Assembly (NCBI GenBank): GCA_964016885.1
Contig: OZ024740.1
Coordinates: 11,718,001 to 11,782,000 of the forward strand
DNA length: 64,000 bases
Source: Eledone cirrhosa
Lineage: Eukaryota
Direction: 5' to 3'
This document shows, piece after piece, positions 1-14,700 of the stretch. Position 1 is the stretch's first letter. Each line of letters opens with the position of its first letter. A program made the translations under genes and the position numbers. The notes beneath the pieces were generated by a model. That model was not told the origin of the DNA. It saw nothing but the letters and a program-made list of their open reading frames with translations, and did no database searches.

Positions 1-3000
1 CAACACTATTGTGATAATGTCTATAGTAGTCAACACATTATTGTGATAATGTCTATAGTAGTCAACAACACTATTGTGATAATGTCTATAGTAGTCAACA
101 ACATTATTGTCATAATGTCTATAGTAGTCAACAACACTATCGTGATAATGTCTATAGTAGTCAACACATTATTGTGATAATGTCTATAGTAGTCAACAAC
201 AGTATTGTGATAATGTCTATAGTAGTCAACAACACTATTCTGATAACGCCTATAGTAGTCAACAACACTATTGTGATAATGTCTATAGTAGTCAACACAT
301 TATTGTGATAATGTCTATAGTAGTCAACAACAGTATTGTGATAATGTCAATAGTAGTCAACAACACTATTGTGATAATGTCTATAATAGTCAACACATTA
401 TTGTGATAATGTCTATAGTAGTCAACACACTATTGTGATAATGTCTATAGTAGTCAACAACACTATTGTGATAATGTCTATAGTAGTCAACAACAGTATT
501 GTGATAATGTCTATAGTAGTCAACACATTATTGTGATAATGTCTATAGTAGTCAACAACATTATTGTGATAATGTCTATAGTAGTCAACACATTATTGTG
601 ATAATGTCTATAGTAGTCAACAACACTATTGTGATAATGTCTATAGTAGTCAACAACATTATTGTCATAATGTCTATAGTAGTCAACACATTATTGTGAT
701 AATGTCTATAGTAGTCAAAAACACTATTGTGATAATGTCTATAGTAGTCAACAACAGTATTGTGATAATGTCTATAGTAGTCAACAACACTATCGTGATA
801 ATGTCTATATTTGTCAACACATTATTGTGATAATGTCTATAGTAGTCAACAACAGTATTGTGATAATGTCTATAGTAGTCAACAACACTATTCTGATAAC
901 GCCTATAGTAGTCAACAACACTATTGTGATAATGTCTATAGTAGTCAACACATTATTGTGATAATGTCTATAGTAGTCAACAACAGTATTGTGATAATGT
1001 CTATAGTAGTCAACAACACTATTGTGATAATGTCTATAATAGTCAACACATTATTGTGATAATGTCTATAGTAGTCAACACACTATTGTGATAATGTCTA
1101 TAGTAGTCAACAACACTATTGTGCTAATGTCTATAGCAGTCAACACATTATTGTGATACTGTCTATAGTAGTCAACAACACTATTGTGATAATGTCTATA
1201 GTAGTCAACAACACTATTGTGATAATGTCTATAGTAGTCAACACATTATTGTGATAATGTCTATAGTAGTCAACAACAGTATTGTGATAATGTCTATAGT
1301 AGTCAACAACATTATTGTCATATTGTCTATAGTAGTCAACACATTATTGTGATAATGTCTATAGTAGTCAACAACACTATTGTGATAATGTCTATAGTAG
1401 TCAACAACAGTATTGTGATAATGTCTATAGTAGTCAACAACACTATCGTGATAATGTCTATAGTAGTCAACAACACTATTGTGATAATGTCTATAGTAGT
1501 CAACAACAGTATTGTGATAATGTCTATAGTAGTCAACACACTATTGTGATACTGTCTATAATAGTCAACACACTATTGTGATAATGTCTATAGTAGTCAA
1601 CAATACTATTGTGATAATGTCTATAGTAGTCAACAACAGTATTGTGATAATGTCTATAGTAGTCAACACACTATTGTGATACTGTCTATAGTAGTCAACA
1701 CACTATTGTGATAATGTATATAGTAGTCAACAACAGTATTGTGATAATGTCTATAGTAGTCAACAACACTATTGTGATAATGTCTATAGTAGTCAACACA
1801 TTATTGTGATAATGTCTATAGTAGTCAACACACTATTGTGATAATGTCTATAGTAGTCAACAGCACTATTGTGAGAATGTCTATAGCAGTCAACACATTA
1901 TTGTGATACTGTCTATAGTAGTCAACAACACTATTGTGATAATGTCTATAGTAGTCAACAACACTATTGTGATAATGTCTATAGTAGTCAACACATTATT
2001 GTGATAATGTCTATAGTAGTCAACAACAGTATTGTGATAATGTCTATGGTAGTCAACACACTATTGTGATAATATCTATAGTAGTCAACACACTATTGTG
2101 ATAATGTCTATAGTAGTCAACAACACTATTGTGATAATGTCTATAGTAGTCAACAACACTATTGTGATGATGTCTATAGTAGTCAACAACACTATCGTGA
2201 TAATGTCTATAGTAGTCAACACATTATTGTGATAATGTCTATAGTAGTCAACACATTATTGTGATACTGTCTATAGTAGTCAACAACACTATTGTGATAA
2301 TGTCTATAGTAGTCAACACATTATTGTGATAATGGCTATAGTAGTCAACAACACTATTGAGATAATGTCTATAGTAGTCAACAACAGTATTGTGATAATG
2401 TCTATAGTAGTCAACACACTATTGTGATACTGTCTATAATAGTCAACACACTATTGTGATAATGTATATAGTAGTCAACAAAACTATTGTGATAATGTCT
2501 ATAGTAGTCAACACATTATTGTGATAATGTCTATAGTAGTCAACAACAGTATTGTGATAATGTCTATAGTAGTCAACATTATTGTCATAATGTCTATAGT
2601 AGTCAACACATTATTGTGATAATGTCTATAGTAGTCAACAACACTATTGTGATAATGTCTATAGTAGTCAACAACAGTATTGTGATAATGTCTATAGTAG
2701 TCAACAACACTATCGTGATAATGTCTGTAGTAGTCAACAACACTATTGTGATAATGTCTATAGTAGTCAACAACAGTATTGTGATAATGTCTATAGTAGT
2801 CAACACACTATTGTGATACTGTCTATAATAGTCAACACACTATTGTGATAATGTATATAGTAGTCAACAAAACTATTGTGATAATGTCTATAGTAGTCAA
2901 CAACAGTATTGTGATAATGTCTATAGTAGTCAACACATTACAGTGATAATGTCTATAGTAGTCAACAACAGTATTGTGATAATGTCTATAGTAGTCAACA

Positions 3001-3514
3001 CACTATTGTGATAATGTATATAGTAGTCAACAATACTATTGTGATAATGTCTATAGTAGTCAACAACAGTATTGTGATAATGTCTATAGTAGTCAACACA
3101 CTATTGTGATACTGTCTATAGTAGTCAACACACTATTGTGATAATGTATATAGTAGTCAAGAACAGTATTGTGATAATGTCTATAGTAGTCAACAACACT
3201 ATTGTGATAATGTCTATAGTAGTCAACACATTATTGTGATAATGTCTATAGTAGTCAACACACTATTGTGATAATGTCTATAGTAGTCAACAACACTATT
3301 GTGAGAATGTCTATAGCAGTCAACACATTATTGTGATACTGTCTATAGTAGTCAACAACACTATTGTGATAATGTCTATAGTAGTCAACACATTATTGTG
3401 ATAATGTCTATAGTAGTCAACAACAGTATTGTGATAATGTCTATGGTAGTCAACACACTATTGTGATAATGTCTATAGTAGTCAACACACTATTGTGATA
3501 ATGTCTATAGTAGT

Positions 3515-6500
3515 CAACAACACTATTGTGATAATGTCTATAGTAGTCAACAACACTATTGTGATGATGTCTATAGTAGTCAACAACACTATTGTGATAA
3601 TGTCTATAGTAGTCAACAACACTATTGTGATAATGTCTATAGTAGTCAACAACACTATTGTGATAATGTATATAGTAGTCAACACATTATTGTGATAATG
3701 TCTATAGTAGTCAACAACACTATTGTGATAATGTCTATAGTAGTCAACACATTATTGTGATAATGTCTATAGTAGTCAACAACACTATTGTGATAATGTC
3801 TATAGTAGTCAACAACACTATTCTGATAACGCCTATAGTAGTCAACAACACTATTGTGATAATGTCTATAGTAGTCAACACATTATTGTGATAATGTCTA
3901 TAGTAGTCAACAACAGTATTGTGATAATGTCTATAGTAGTCAACAACAGTATTGTGATAATGTCTATAGTAGTCAACAACACTATTGTGATAATGTCTAT
4001 AATAGTCAACACATTATTGTGATAATGTCTATAGTAGTCAACACACTATTGTGATAATGTCTATAGTAGTCAACAACACTATTGTGATAATGTCTATAGC
4101 AGTCAACACATTATTGTGATACTGTCTATAGTAGTCAACAATACTATTGTGATAATGTCTATAGTAGTCAACAACAGTATTGTGATAATGTCTATAGTAG
4201 TCAACACATCATTGTGATAATGTCTATAGTAGACAACAACACTATTGTGATAATGTCTATAGTAGTCAACACATTATTGTGATAATGTCTATAGTAGTCA
4301 ACAACACTATTGTGATGTCTATAGTAGTCAACAACATTATTGTCATAATGTCTATAGTAGTCAACACATTATTGTGATAATGTCTATAGTAGTCAACAAC
4401 ACTATTGTGATAATGTCTATAGTAGTCAACAACAGTATTGTGATAATGTCTATAGTAGTCAACAACACTATCGTGATAATGTCTATAGTAGTCAACACAT
4501 TATTGTGATAATGTCTATAGTAGTCAACAACAGTATTGTGATAATGTCTATAGTAGTCAACAACACTATTCTGATAACGCCTATAGTAGTCAACAACACT
4601 ATTGTGATAATGTCTATAGTAGTCAACACATTATTGTGATAATGTCTATAGTAGTCAACAACAGTATTGTGATAATGTCTATAGTAGTCAACAACACTAT
4701 TGTGATAATGTCTATAATAGTCAACACATTATTGTGATAATGTCTATAGTAGTCAACACACTATTGTGATAATGTCTATAGTAGTCAACAACACTATTGT
4801 GAGAATGTCTATAGTAGTCAACACACTATTGTGATAATGTCTATAGTAGTCAACAACACTATTGTGAGAATGTCTATAGTAGTCAACACATTATTGTGAT
4901 AATGTCTATAGTAGTCAACACATTATTGTGATAATGTCTATAGTAGTCAACAACAGTATTGTGATAATGTCTATAGTAGTCAACAACATTATTGTCATAA
5001 TGTCTATAGTAGTCAACACATTATTGTGATAATGTCTATAGTAGTCAACAACACTATTGTGATAATGTCTATAGTAGTCAACAACAGTATTGTGATAATG
5101 TCTATAGTAGTCAACAACACTATCGTGATAATGTCTATAGTAGTCAACAACACTATTGTGATAATGTCTATAGTAGTCAACAACAGTATTGTGATAATGT
5201 CTATAGTAGTCAACACACTATTGTGATACTGTCTATAATAGTCAACACACTATTGTAATAATGTATATAGTAGTCAACAATACTATTGTGATAATGTCTA
5301 TAGTAGTCAACAACAGTATTGTGATAATGTCTATAGTAGTCAACACATTACAGTGATAATGTCTATAGTAGTCAACAACAGTATTGTGATAATGTCTATA
5401 GTAGTCAACACACTATTGTGATAATGTATATAGTAGTCAACAATACTATTGTGATAATGTCTATAGTAGTCAACAACAGTATTGTGATAATGTCTATAGT
5501 AGTCAACACACTATTGTGATACTGTCTATAGTAGTCAACACACTATTGTGATAATGTATATAGTAGTCAACAACAGTATTGTGATAATGTCTATAGTAGT
5601 CAACAACACTATTGTGATAATGTCTATAGTAGTCAACACATTATTGTGATAATGTCTATAGTAGTCAACACACTATTGTGATAATGTCTATAGTAGTCAA
5701 CAACACTATTGTGAGAATGTCTATAGCAGTCAACACATTATTGTGATACTGTCTATAGTAGTCAACAACACTATTGTGATAATGTCTATAGTAGTCAACA
5801 ACACTATTGTGATAATGTCTATAGTAGTCAACACATTATTGTGATAATGTCTATAGTAGTCAACAACAGTATTGTGATAATGTCTATGGTAGTCAACACA
5901 CTATTGTGATAATGTCTATAGTAGTCAACACACTATTGTGATAATGTCTATAGTAGTCAACAACACTATTGTGATAATGTCTATAGTAGTCAACAACACT
6001 ATTGAGATAATGTCTATAGTAGTCAACAACACTATGGTGATAATGTCTATAGTAGTCAACAACACTATTGTCATAATGTCTATAGTAGTCAACACATTAT
6101 TGTGATAATGTCTATAGTAGTCAACAACACTATTGTGATAATGTCTATAGTAGTCAACAACACTATTGTGATAACGCCTATAGTAGTCAACAACACTATT
6201 GTGATAATGTCTATAGTAGTCAACACATTATTGTGATAATGTCTATAGTAGTCAACAACAGTATTGTGATAATGTCTATAGTAGTCAACAACACTATTGT
6301 GATAATGTCTATAGTAGTCAACACATTATTGTGATAATGTCTATAGTAGTCAACACACTATTGTGATAATGTCTATAGTAGTCAACAACACTATTGTGAT
6401 AATATCTATAGCAGTCAACACATTATTGTGATACTGTCTATAGTAGTCAACAACACTATTGTGATAATGTCTATAGTAGTCAACAACACTATTGTGATAA

Positions 6501-9500
6501 TGTCTATAGTAGTCAACACATTATTGTGATAATGTCTATAGTAGTCAACAACAGTATTGTGATAATGTCTATGGTAGTCAACACACTATTGTGATAATGT
6601 CTATAGTAGTCAACACACTATTGTGATAATGTCTATAGTAGTCAACACATTATTGTGATAATGTCTATTGTAGTCAACACACTATTGTGATAATGTCTAT
6701 AGTAGTCAACACACTATTGTGATAATGTCTATAGTAGTCAACAACACTATTGTGATAATGTCTATAGTAGTCAACAACAGTATTGTGATAATGTCTATAG
6801 TAGTCAACAACACTATTGTGATAATGTCTATAGTAGTTAACAACACTATTGTGATAATGTCTATAGTAGTCAACAACACTATTGTGATAATGTCTATAGT
6901 AGTCAACAACACTATTGTGATGATGTCTATAGTAGTCAACAACACTATTGTGATGATGTCTATAGTAGTCAAGAACACTATTGTGATAATGTCTATAGTA
7001 GTCAACACATTATTGTGATAATGTCTATAGTAGTCAACAACACTATTGTGATAATGTCTATAGTAGTCAACACATTATTGTGATAATGTCTATAGTAGTC
7101 AACAACACTATTGTGATAATGTCTATAGTAGTCAACAACATTATTGTCATAATGTCTATAGTAGTCAACACATTATTGTGATAATGTCTATAGTAGTCAA
7201 CAACACTATTGTGATAATGTCTATAGTAGTCAACATCAGTATTGTGATAATGTCTATAGTAGTCAACAACACTATCGTGATAATGTCTATAGTAGTCAAC
7301 AACACTATTGTGATAATGTCTATAGTAGTCAACAACAGTATTGTGATAATGTCTATAGTAGTCAACAACAGTATTGTGATAATGTCTATAGTAGTCAACA
7401 CACTATTGTGATAATGTATATAGTAGTCAACAATACTATTGTGATAATGTCTATAGTAATCAACAACAGTATTGTGATAATGTCTATAGTAGTCAACACA
7501 CTATTGTGATACTGTCTATAGTAGTCAACACACTATTGTGATAATGTATATAGTAGTCAACAATACTATTGTGATAATGTCTATAGTAGTCAACAACACT
7601 ATTGTGATAATGTCTATAGTAGTCAACAACACTATTGTGATGATGTCTATAGTAGTCAACAACACTATTGTGATAATGTCTATAGTAGTCAACAACACTA
7701 TTGTGATAATGTCTATAGTAGTCAACAACACTATTGTGATAATGTATATAGTAGTCAACACATTATTGTGATAATGTCTATAGTAGTCAACAACACTATT
7801 GTGATAATGTCTATAGTAGTCAACACATTATTGTGATAATGTCTATAGTAGTCAACAACACTATTGTGATAATGTCTATAGTAGTCAACAACACTATTCT
7901 GATAACGCCTATAGTAGTCAACAACACTATTGTGATAATGTCTATAGTAGTCAACACATTATTGTGATAATGTCTATAGTAGTCAACAACAGTATTGTGA
8001 TAATGTCTATAGTAGTCAACAACAGTATTGTGATAATGTCTATAGTAGTCAACAACACTATTGTGATAATGTCTATAATAGTCAACACATTATTGTGATA
8101 ATGTCTATAGTAGTCAACACACTATTGTGATAATGTCTATAGTAGTCAACAACACTATTGTGATAATGTCTATAGCAGTCAACACATTATTGTGATACTG
8201 TCTATAGTAGTCAATAATACTATTGTGATAATGTCTATAGTAGTCAACAACAGTATTGTGATAATGTCTATAGTAGTCAACACATCATTGTGATAATGTC
8301 TATAGTAGACAACAACACTATTGTGATAATGTCTATAGTAGTCAACACATTATTGTGATAATGTCTATAGTAGTCAACAACACTATTGTGATGTCTATAG
8401 TAGTCAACAACATTATTGTCATAATGTCTATAGTAGTCAACACATTATTGTGATAATGTCTATAGTAGTCAACAACACTATTGTGATAATGTCTATAGTA
8501 GTCAACAACAGTATTGTGATAATGTCTATAGTAGTCAACAACACTATCGTGATAATGTCTATAGTAGTCAACACATTATTGTGATAATGTCTATAGTAGT
8601 CAACAACAGTATTGTGATAATGTCTATAGTAGTCAACAACACTATTCTGATAACGCCTATAGTAGTCAACAACACTATTGTGATAATGTCTATAGTAGTC
8701 AACACATTATTGTGATAATGTCTATAGTAGTCAACAACAGTATTGTGATAATGTCTATAGTAGTCAACAACACTATTGTGATAATGTCTATAATAGTCAA
8801 CACATTATTGTGATAATGTCTATAGTAGTCAACACACTATTGTGATAATGTCTATAGTAGTCAACAACACTATTGTGAGAATGTCTATAGCAGTCAACAC
8901 ATTATCGTGATACTGTCTATAGTAGTCAACAACACTATTGTGATAATGTCTATAGTAGTCAACAACACTATTGTGATAATGTCTATAGTAGTCAACACAT
9001 TATTGTGATAATGTCTATAGTAGTCAACAACAGTATTGTGATAATGTCTATAGTAGTCAACAACATTATTGTCATAATGTCTATAGTAGTCAACACATTA
9101 TTGTGATAATGTCTATAGTAGTCAACAACACTATTGTGATAATGTCTATAGTAGTCAACAACAGTATTGTGATAATGTCTATAGTAGTCAACAACACTAT
9201 CGTGATAATGTCTATAGTAGTCAACAACACTATTGTGATAATGTCTATAGTAGTCAACAACAGTATTGTGATAATGTCTATAGTAGTCAACACACTATTG
9301 TGATACTGTCTATAATAGTCAACACACTATTGTAATAATGTATATAGTAGTCAACAATACTATTGTGATAATGTCTATAGTAGTCAACAACAGTATTGTG
9401 ATAATGTCTATAGTAGTCAACACATTACAGTGATAATGTCTATAGTAGTCAACAACAGTATTGTGATAATGTCTATAGTAGTCAACACACTATTGTGATA

Positions 9501-11700
9501 ATGTATATAGTAGTCAACAATACTATTGTGATAATGTCTATAGTAGTCAACAACAGTATTGTGATAATGTCTATAGTAGTCAACACACTATTGTGATACT
9601 GTCTATAGTAGTCAACACACTATTGTGATAATGTATATAGTAGTCAACAACAGTATTGTGATAATGTCTATAGTAGTCAACAACACTATTGTGATAATGT
9701 CTATAGTAGTCAACACATTATTGTGATAATGTCTATAGTAGTCAACACACTATTGTGATAATGTCTATAGTAGTCAACAACACTATTGTGAGAATGTCTA
9801 TAGCAGTCAACACATTATTGTGATACTGTCTATAGTAGTCAACAACACTATTGTGATAATGTCTATAGTAGTCAACAACACTATTGTGATAATGTCTATA
9901 GTAGTCAACACATTATTGTGATAATGTCTATAGTAGTCAACAACAGTATTGTGATAATGTCTATGGTAGTCAACACACTATTGTGATAATGTCTATAGTA
10001 GTCAACACACTATTGTGATAATGTCTATAGTAGTCAACAACACTATTGTGATAATGTCTATAGTAGTCAACAACACTATTGAGATAATGTCTATAGTAGT
10101 CAACAACACTATGGTGATAATGTCTATAGTAGTCAACAACACTATTGTCATAATGTCTATAGTAGTCAACACATTATTGTGATAATGTCTATAGTAGTCA
10201 ACAACACTATTGTGATAATGTCTATAGTAGTCAACAACACTATTGTGATAACGCCTATAGTAGTCAACAACACTATTGTGATAATGTCTATAGTAGTCAA
10301 CACATTATTGTGATAATGTCTATAGTAGTCAACAACAGTATTGTGATAATGTCTATAGTAGTCAACAACACTATTGTGATAATGTCTATAGTAGTCAACA
10401 CATTATTGTGATAATGTCTATAGTAGTCAACACACTATTGTGATAATGTCTATAGTAGTCAACAACACTATTGTGATAATGTCTATAGCAGTCAACACAT
10501 TATTGTGATACTGTCTATAGTAGTCAACAACACTATTGTGATAATGTCTATAGTAGTCAACAACACTATTGTGATAATGTCTATAGTAGTCAACACATTA
10601 TTGTGATAATGTCTATAGTAGTCAACAACAGTATTGTGATAATGTCTATGGTAGTCAACACACTATTGTGATAATGTCTATAGTAGTCAACACACTATTG
10701 TGATAATGTCTATAGTAGTCAACACATTATTGTGATAATGTCTATTGTAGTCAACACACTATTGTGATAATGTCTATAGTAGTCAACACACTATTGTGAT
10801 AATGTCTATAGTAGTCAACAACACTATTGTGATAATGTCTATAGTAGTCAACAACAGTATTGTGATAATGTCTATAGTAGTCAACAACACTATTGTGATA
10901 ATGTCTATAGTAGTTAACAACACTATTGTGATAATGTCTATAGTAGTCAACAACACTATTGTGATAATGTCTATAGTAGTCAACAACACTATTGTGATGA
11001 TGTCTATAGTAGTCAACAACACTATTGTGATGATGTCTATAGTAGTCAAGAACACTATTGTGATAATGTCTATAGTAGTCAACACATTATTGTGATAATG
11101 TCTATAGTAGTCAACAACACTATTGTGATAATGTCTATAGTAGTCAACACATTATTGTGATAATGTCTATAGTAGTCAACAACACTATTGTGATAATGTC
11201 TATAGTAGTCAACAACATTATTGTCATAATGTCTATAGTAGTCAACACATTATTGTGATAATGTCTATAGTAGTCAACAACACTATTGTGATAATGTCTA
11301 TAGTAGTCAACATCAGTATTGTGATAATGTCTATAGTAGTCAACAACACTATCGTGATAATGTCTATAGTAGTCAACAACACTATTGTGATAATGTCTAT
11401 AGTAGTCAACAACAGTATTGTGATAATGTCTATAGTAGTCAACAACAGTATTGTGATAATGTCTATAGTAGTCAACACACTATTGTGATAATGTATATAG
11501 TAGTCAACAATACTATTGTGATAATGTCTATAGTAATCAACAACAGTATTGTGATAATGTCTATAGTAGTCAACACACTATTGTGATACTGTCTATAGTA
11601 GTCAACACACTATTGTGATAATGTATATAGTAGTCAACAATACTATTGTGATAATGTCTATAGTAGTCAACAACACTATTGTGATAATGTCTATAGTAGT
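3515..11700. repeat. Higher-order tandem duplication within the satellite, unit ~4.08 kb
   Basis: Identical ORF-track entries recur at offset 4077 (5013/9090, 6706/10783, 7165/11242). The rare variant TAGTAGACAAC occurs at ~4231 and ~8307. A few differences remain, e.g. ~4810-4900 vs ~8885-8975. Boundaries are approximate. Confidence 0.85.
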
Positions 11701-14700
11701 CAACACACTATTGTGATAATGTCTATAGTAGTCAACACATTATTGTGATACTGTCTATAGTAGTCAACAACACTATTGTGATAATGTCTATAGTAGTCAA
11801 CAACCCTATTGTGATACTGTCTATAGTAGTCAACAACAGTATTGTGATAATGTCTATAGTAGTCAACACACTATTGTGATAATGTCTATAGTAGTCAACA
11901 ACACTATTGTGATAATGTCTATAGTAGTCAACACACTATTGTGATAATGTCTATAGTAGTCAACAACACTATTGTGATGATGTCTATAGTAGTCAAAACA
12001 GTATTGTGATAATGTCTATAGTAGTCAACAACACTATTGTGATAATGTCTATAGTAGTTAACAACACTATTGTGATAATGTCTATAGTAGTCAACAACAC
12101 TATTGTGATAATGTCTATAGTAGTCAACAACACTATTGTGATGATGTCTATAGTAGTCAACAACACTATTGTGATGATGTCTATAGTAGTCAAGAACACT
12201 ATTGTGATAATGTCTATAGTAGTCAACACATTATTGTGATAATGTCTATAGTAGTCAACAACACTATTGTGATAATGTCTATAGTAGTCAACACATTATT
12301 GTGATAATGTCTATAGTAGTCAACAACACTATTGTGATAATGTCTATAGTAGTCAACAACACTATTGTGATAATGTCTATAGTAGTCAACAACACTATTG
12401 TGATGATGTCTATAGTAGTCAACAACACTATTGTGATGATGTCTATAGTAGTCAAGAACACTATTGTGATAATGTCTATAGTATTCAACACATTATTGTG
12501 ATAATGTCTATAGTAGTCAACAACACTATTGTGATAATGTCTATAGTAGTCAACACATTATTGTGATAATGTCTATAGTAGTCAACAACACTATTGTGAT
12601 AATGTCTATAGTAGTCAACAACATAATTGTCATAATGTCTATAGTAGTCAACACATTATTGTGATAATGTCTATAGTAGTCAACAACACTATTGTGATAA
12701 TGTCTATAGTAGTCAACAACAGTATTGTGATAATGTCTATAGTAGTCAACAACACTATCGTGATAATGTCTATAGTAGTCAACAACACTATTGTGATAAT
12801 GTCTATAGTAGTCAACAACAGTATTGTGATAATGTCTATAGTAGTCAACACACTGTTGTGATACTGTCTATAATAGTCAACACACTATTGTGATAATGTA
12901 TATAGTAGTCAACAATACTATTGTGATAATGTCTATAGTAGTCAACAACAGTATTGTGATAATGTCTATAGTAGTCAACACATTACAGTGATAATGTCTA
13001 TAGTAGTCAACAACAGTATTGTGATAATGTCTATAGTAGTCAACACACTATTGTGATAATGTATATAGTAGTCAACAATACTATTGTGATAATGTCTATA
13101 GTAGTCAACAACAGTATTGTGATAATGTCTATAGTAGTCAACACACTATTGTGATACTGTCTATAGTAGTCAACACACTATTGTGATAATGTATATAGTA
13201 GTCAACAACAGTATTGTGATAATGTCTATAGTAGTCAACAACACTATTGTGATAATGTCTATAGTAGTCAACACATTATTGTGATAATGTCTATAGTAGT
13301 CAACACACTATTGTGATAATGTCTATAGTAGTCAACAACACTATTGTGAGAATGTCTATAGCAGTCAACACATTATTGTGATACTGTCTATAGTAGTCAA
13401 CAACACTATTGTGATAATGTCTATAGTAGTCAACAACACTATTGTGATAATGTCTATAGTAGTCAACACATTATTGTGATAATGTCTATAGTAGTCAACA
13501 ACAGTATTGTGATAATGTCTATGGTAGTCAACACACTATTGTGATAATGTCTATAGTAGTCAACACACTATTGTGATAATGTCTATAGTAGTCAACAACA
13601 CTATTGTGATAATGTCTATAGTAGTCAACAACACTATTGTGATGATGTCTATAGTAGTCAACAACACTATTGTGATAATGTCTATAGTAGTCAACAACAC
13701 TATTGTGATAATGTCTATAGTAGTCAACAACACTATTGTGATAATGTCTATAGTAGTCAACAGATTATTGTGATAATGTCTATAGTAGTCAACAACACTA
13801 TTGTGATAATGTCTATAGTAGTCAACACATTATTGTTATAATGTCTATAGTAGTCAACAACACTATTGTGATAATGTCTATAGTAGTCAACAACATTATT
13901 GTCATAATGTCTATAGTAGTCAACACATTATTGTGATAATGTCTATAGTAGTCAACAACACTATTGTGATAATGTCTATAGTAGTCAACAACAGTATTGT
14001 GATAATGTCTATAGTAGTCAACAACACTATCGTGATAATGTCTATAGTAGTCAACACATTATTGTGATAATGTCTATAGTAGTCAACAACAGTATTGTGA
14101 TAATGTCTATAGTAGTCAACAACAGTATTGTGATAATGTCTATAGTAGTCAACAACACTATTCTGATAACGCCTATAGTAGTCAACAACACTATTGTGAT
14201 GATGTCTATAGTAGTCAACACATTATTGTGATAATGTCTATAGTAGTCAACAACAGTATTGTGATAATGTCTATAGTAGTCAACAACACTATTGTGATAA
14301 TGTCTATAATAGTCAACACATTATTGTGATAATGTCTATAGTAGTCAACACACTATTGTGATAATGTCTATAGTAGTCAACAACACTATTGTGATAATGT
14401 CTATAGCAGTCAACACATTATTGTGATACTGTCTATAGTAGTCAACAACACTATTGTGATAATGTCTATAGTAGTCAACAACAGTATTGTGATAATGTCT
14501 ATAGTAGTCAACAACATTATTGTCATAATGTCTATAGTAGTCAACACATTATTGTGATAATGTCTATAGTAGTCAACAACACTATTGTGATAATGTCTAT
14601 AGTAGTCAACATCAGTATTGTGATAATGTCTATAGTAGTCAACAACACTATCGTGATAATGTCTATAGTAGTCAACAACACTATTGTGATAATGTCTATA

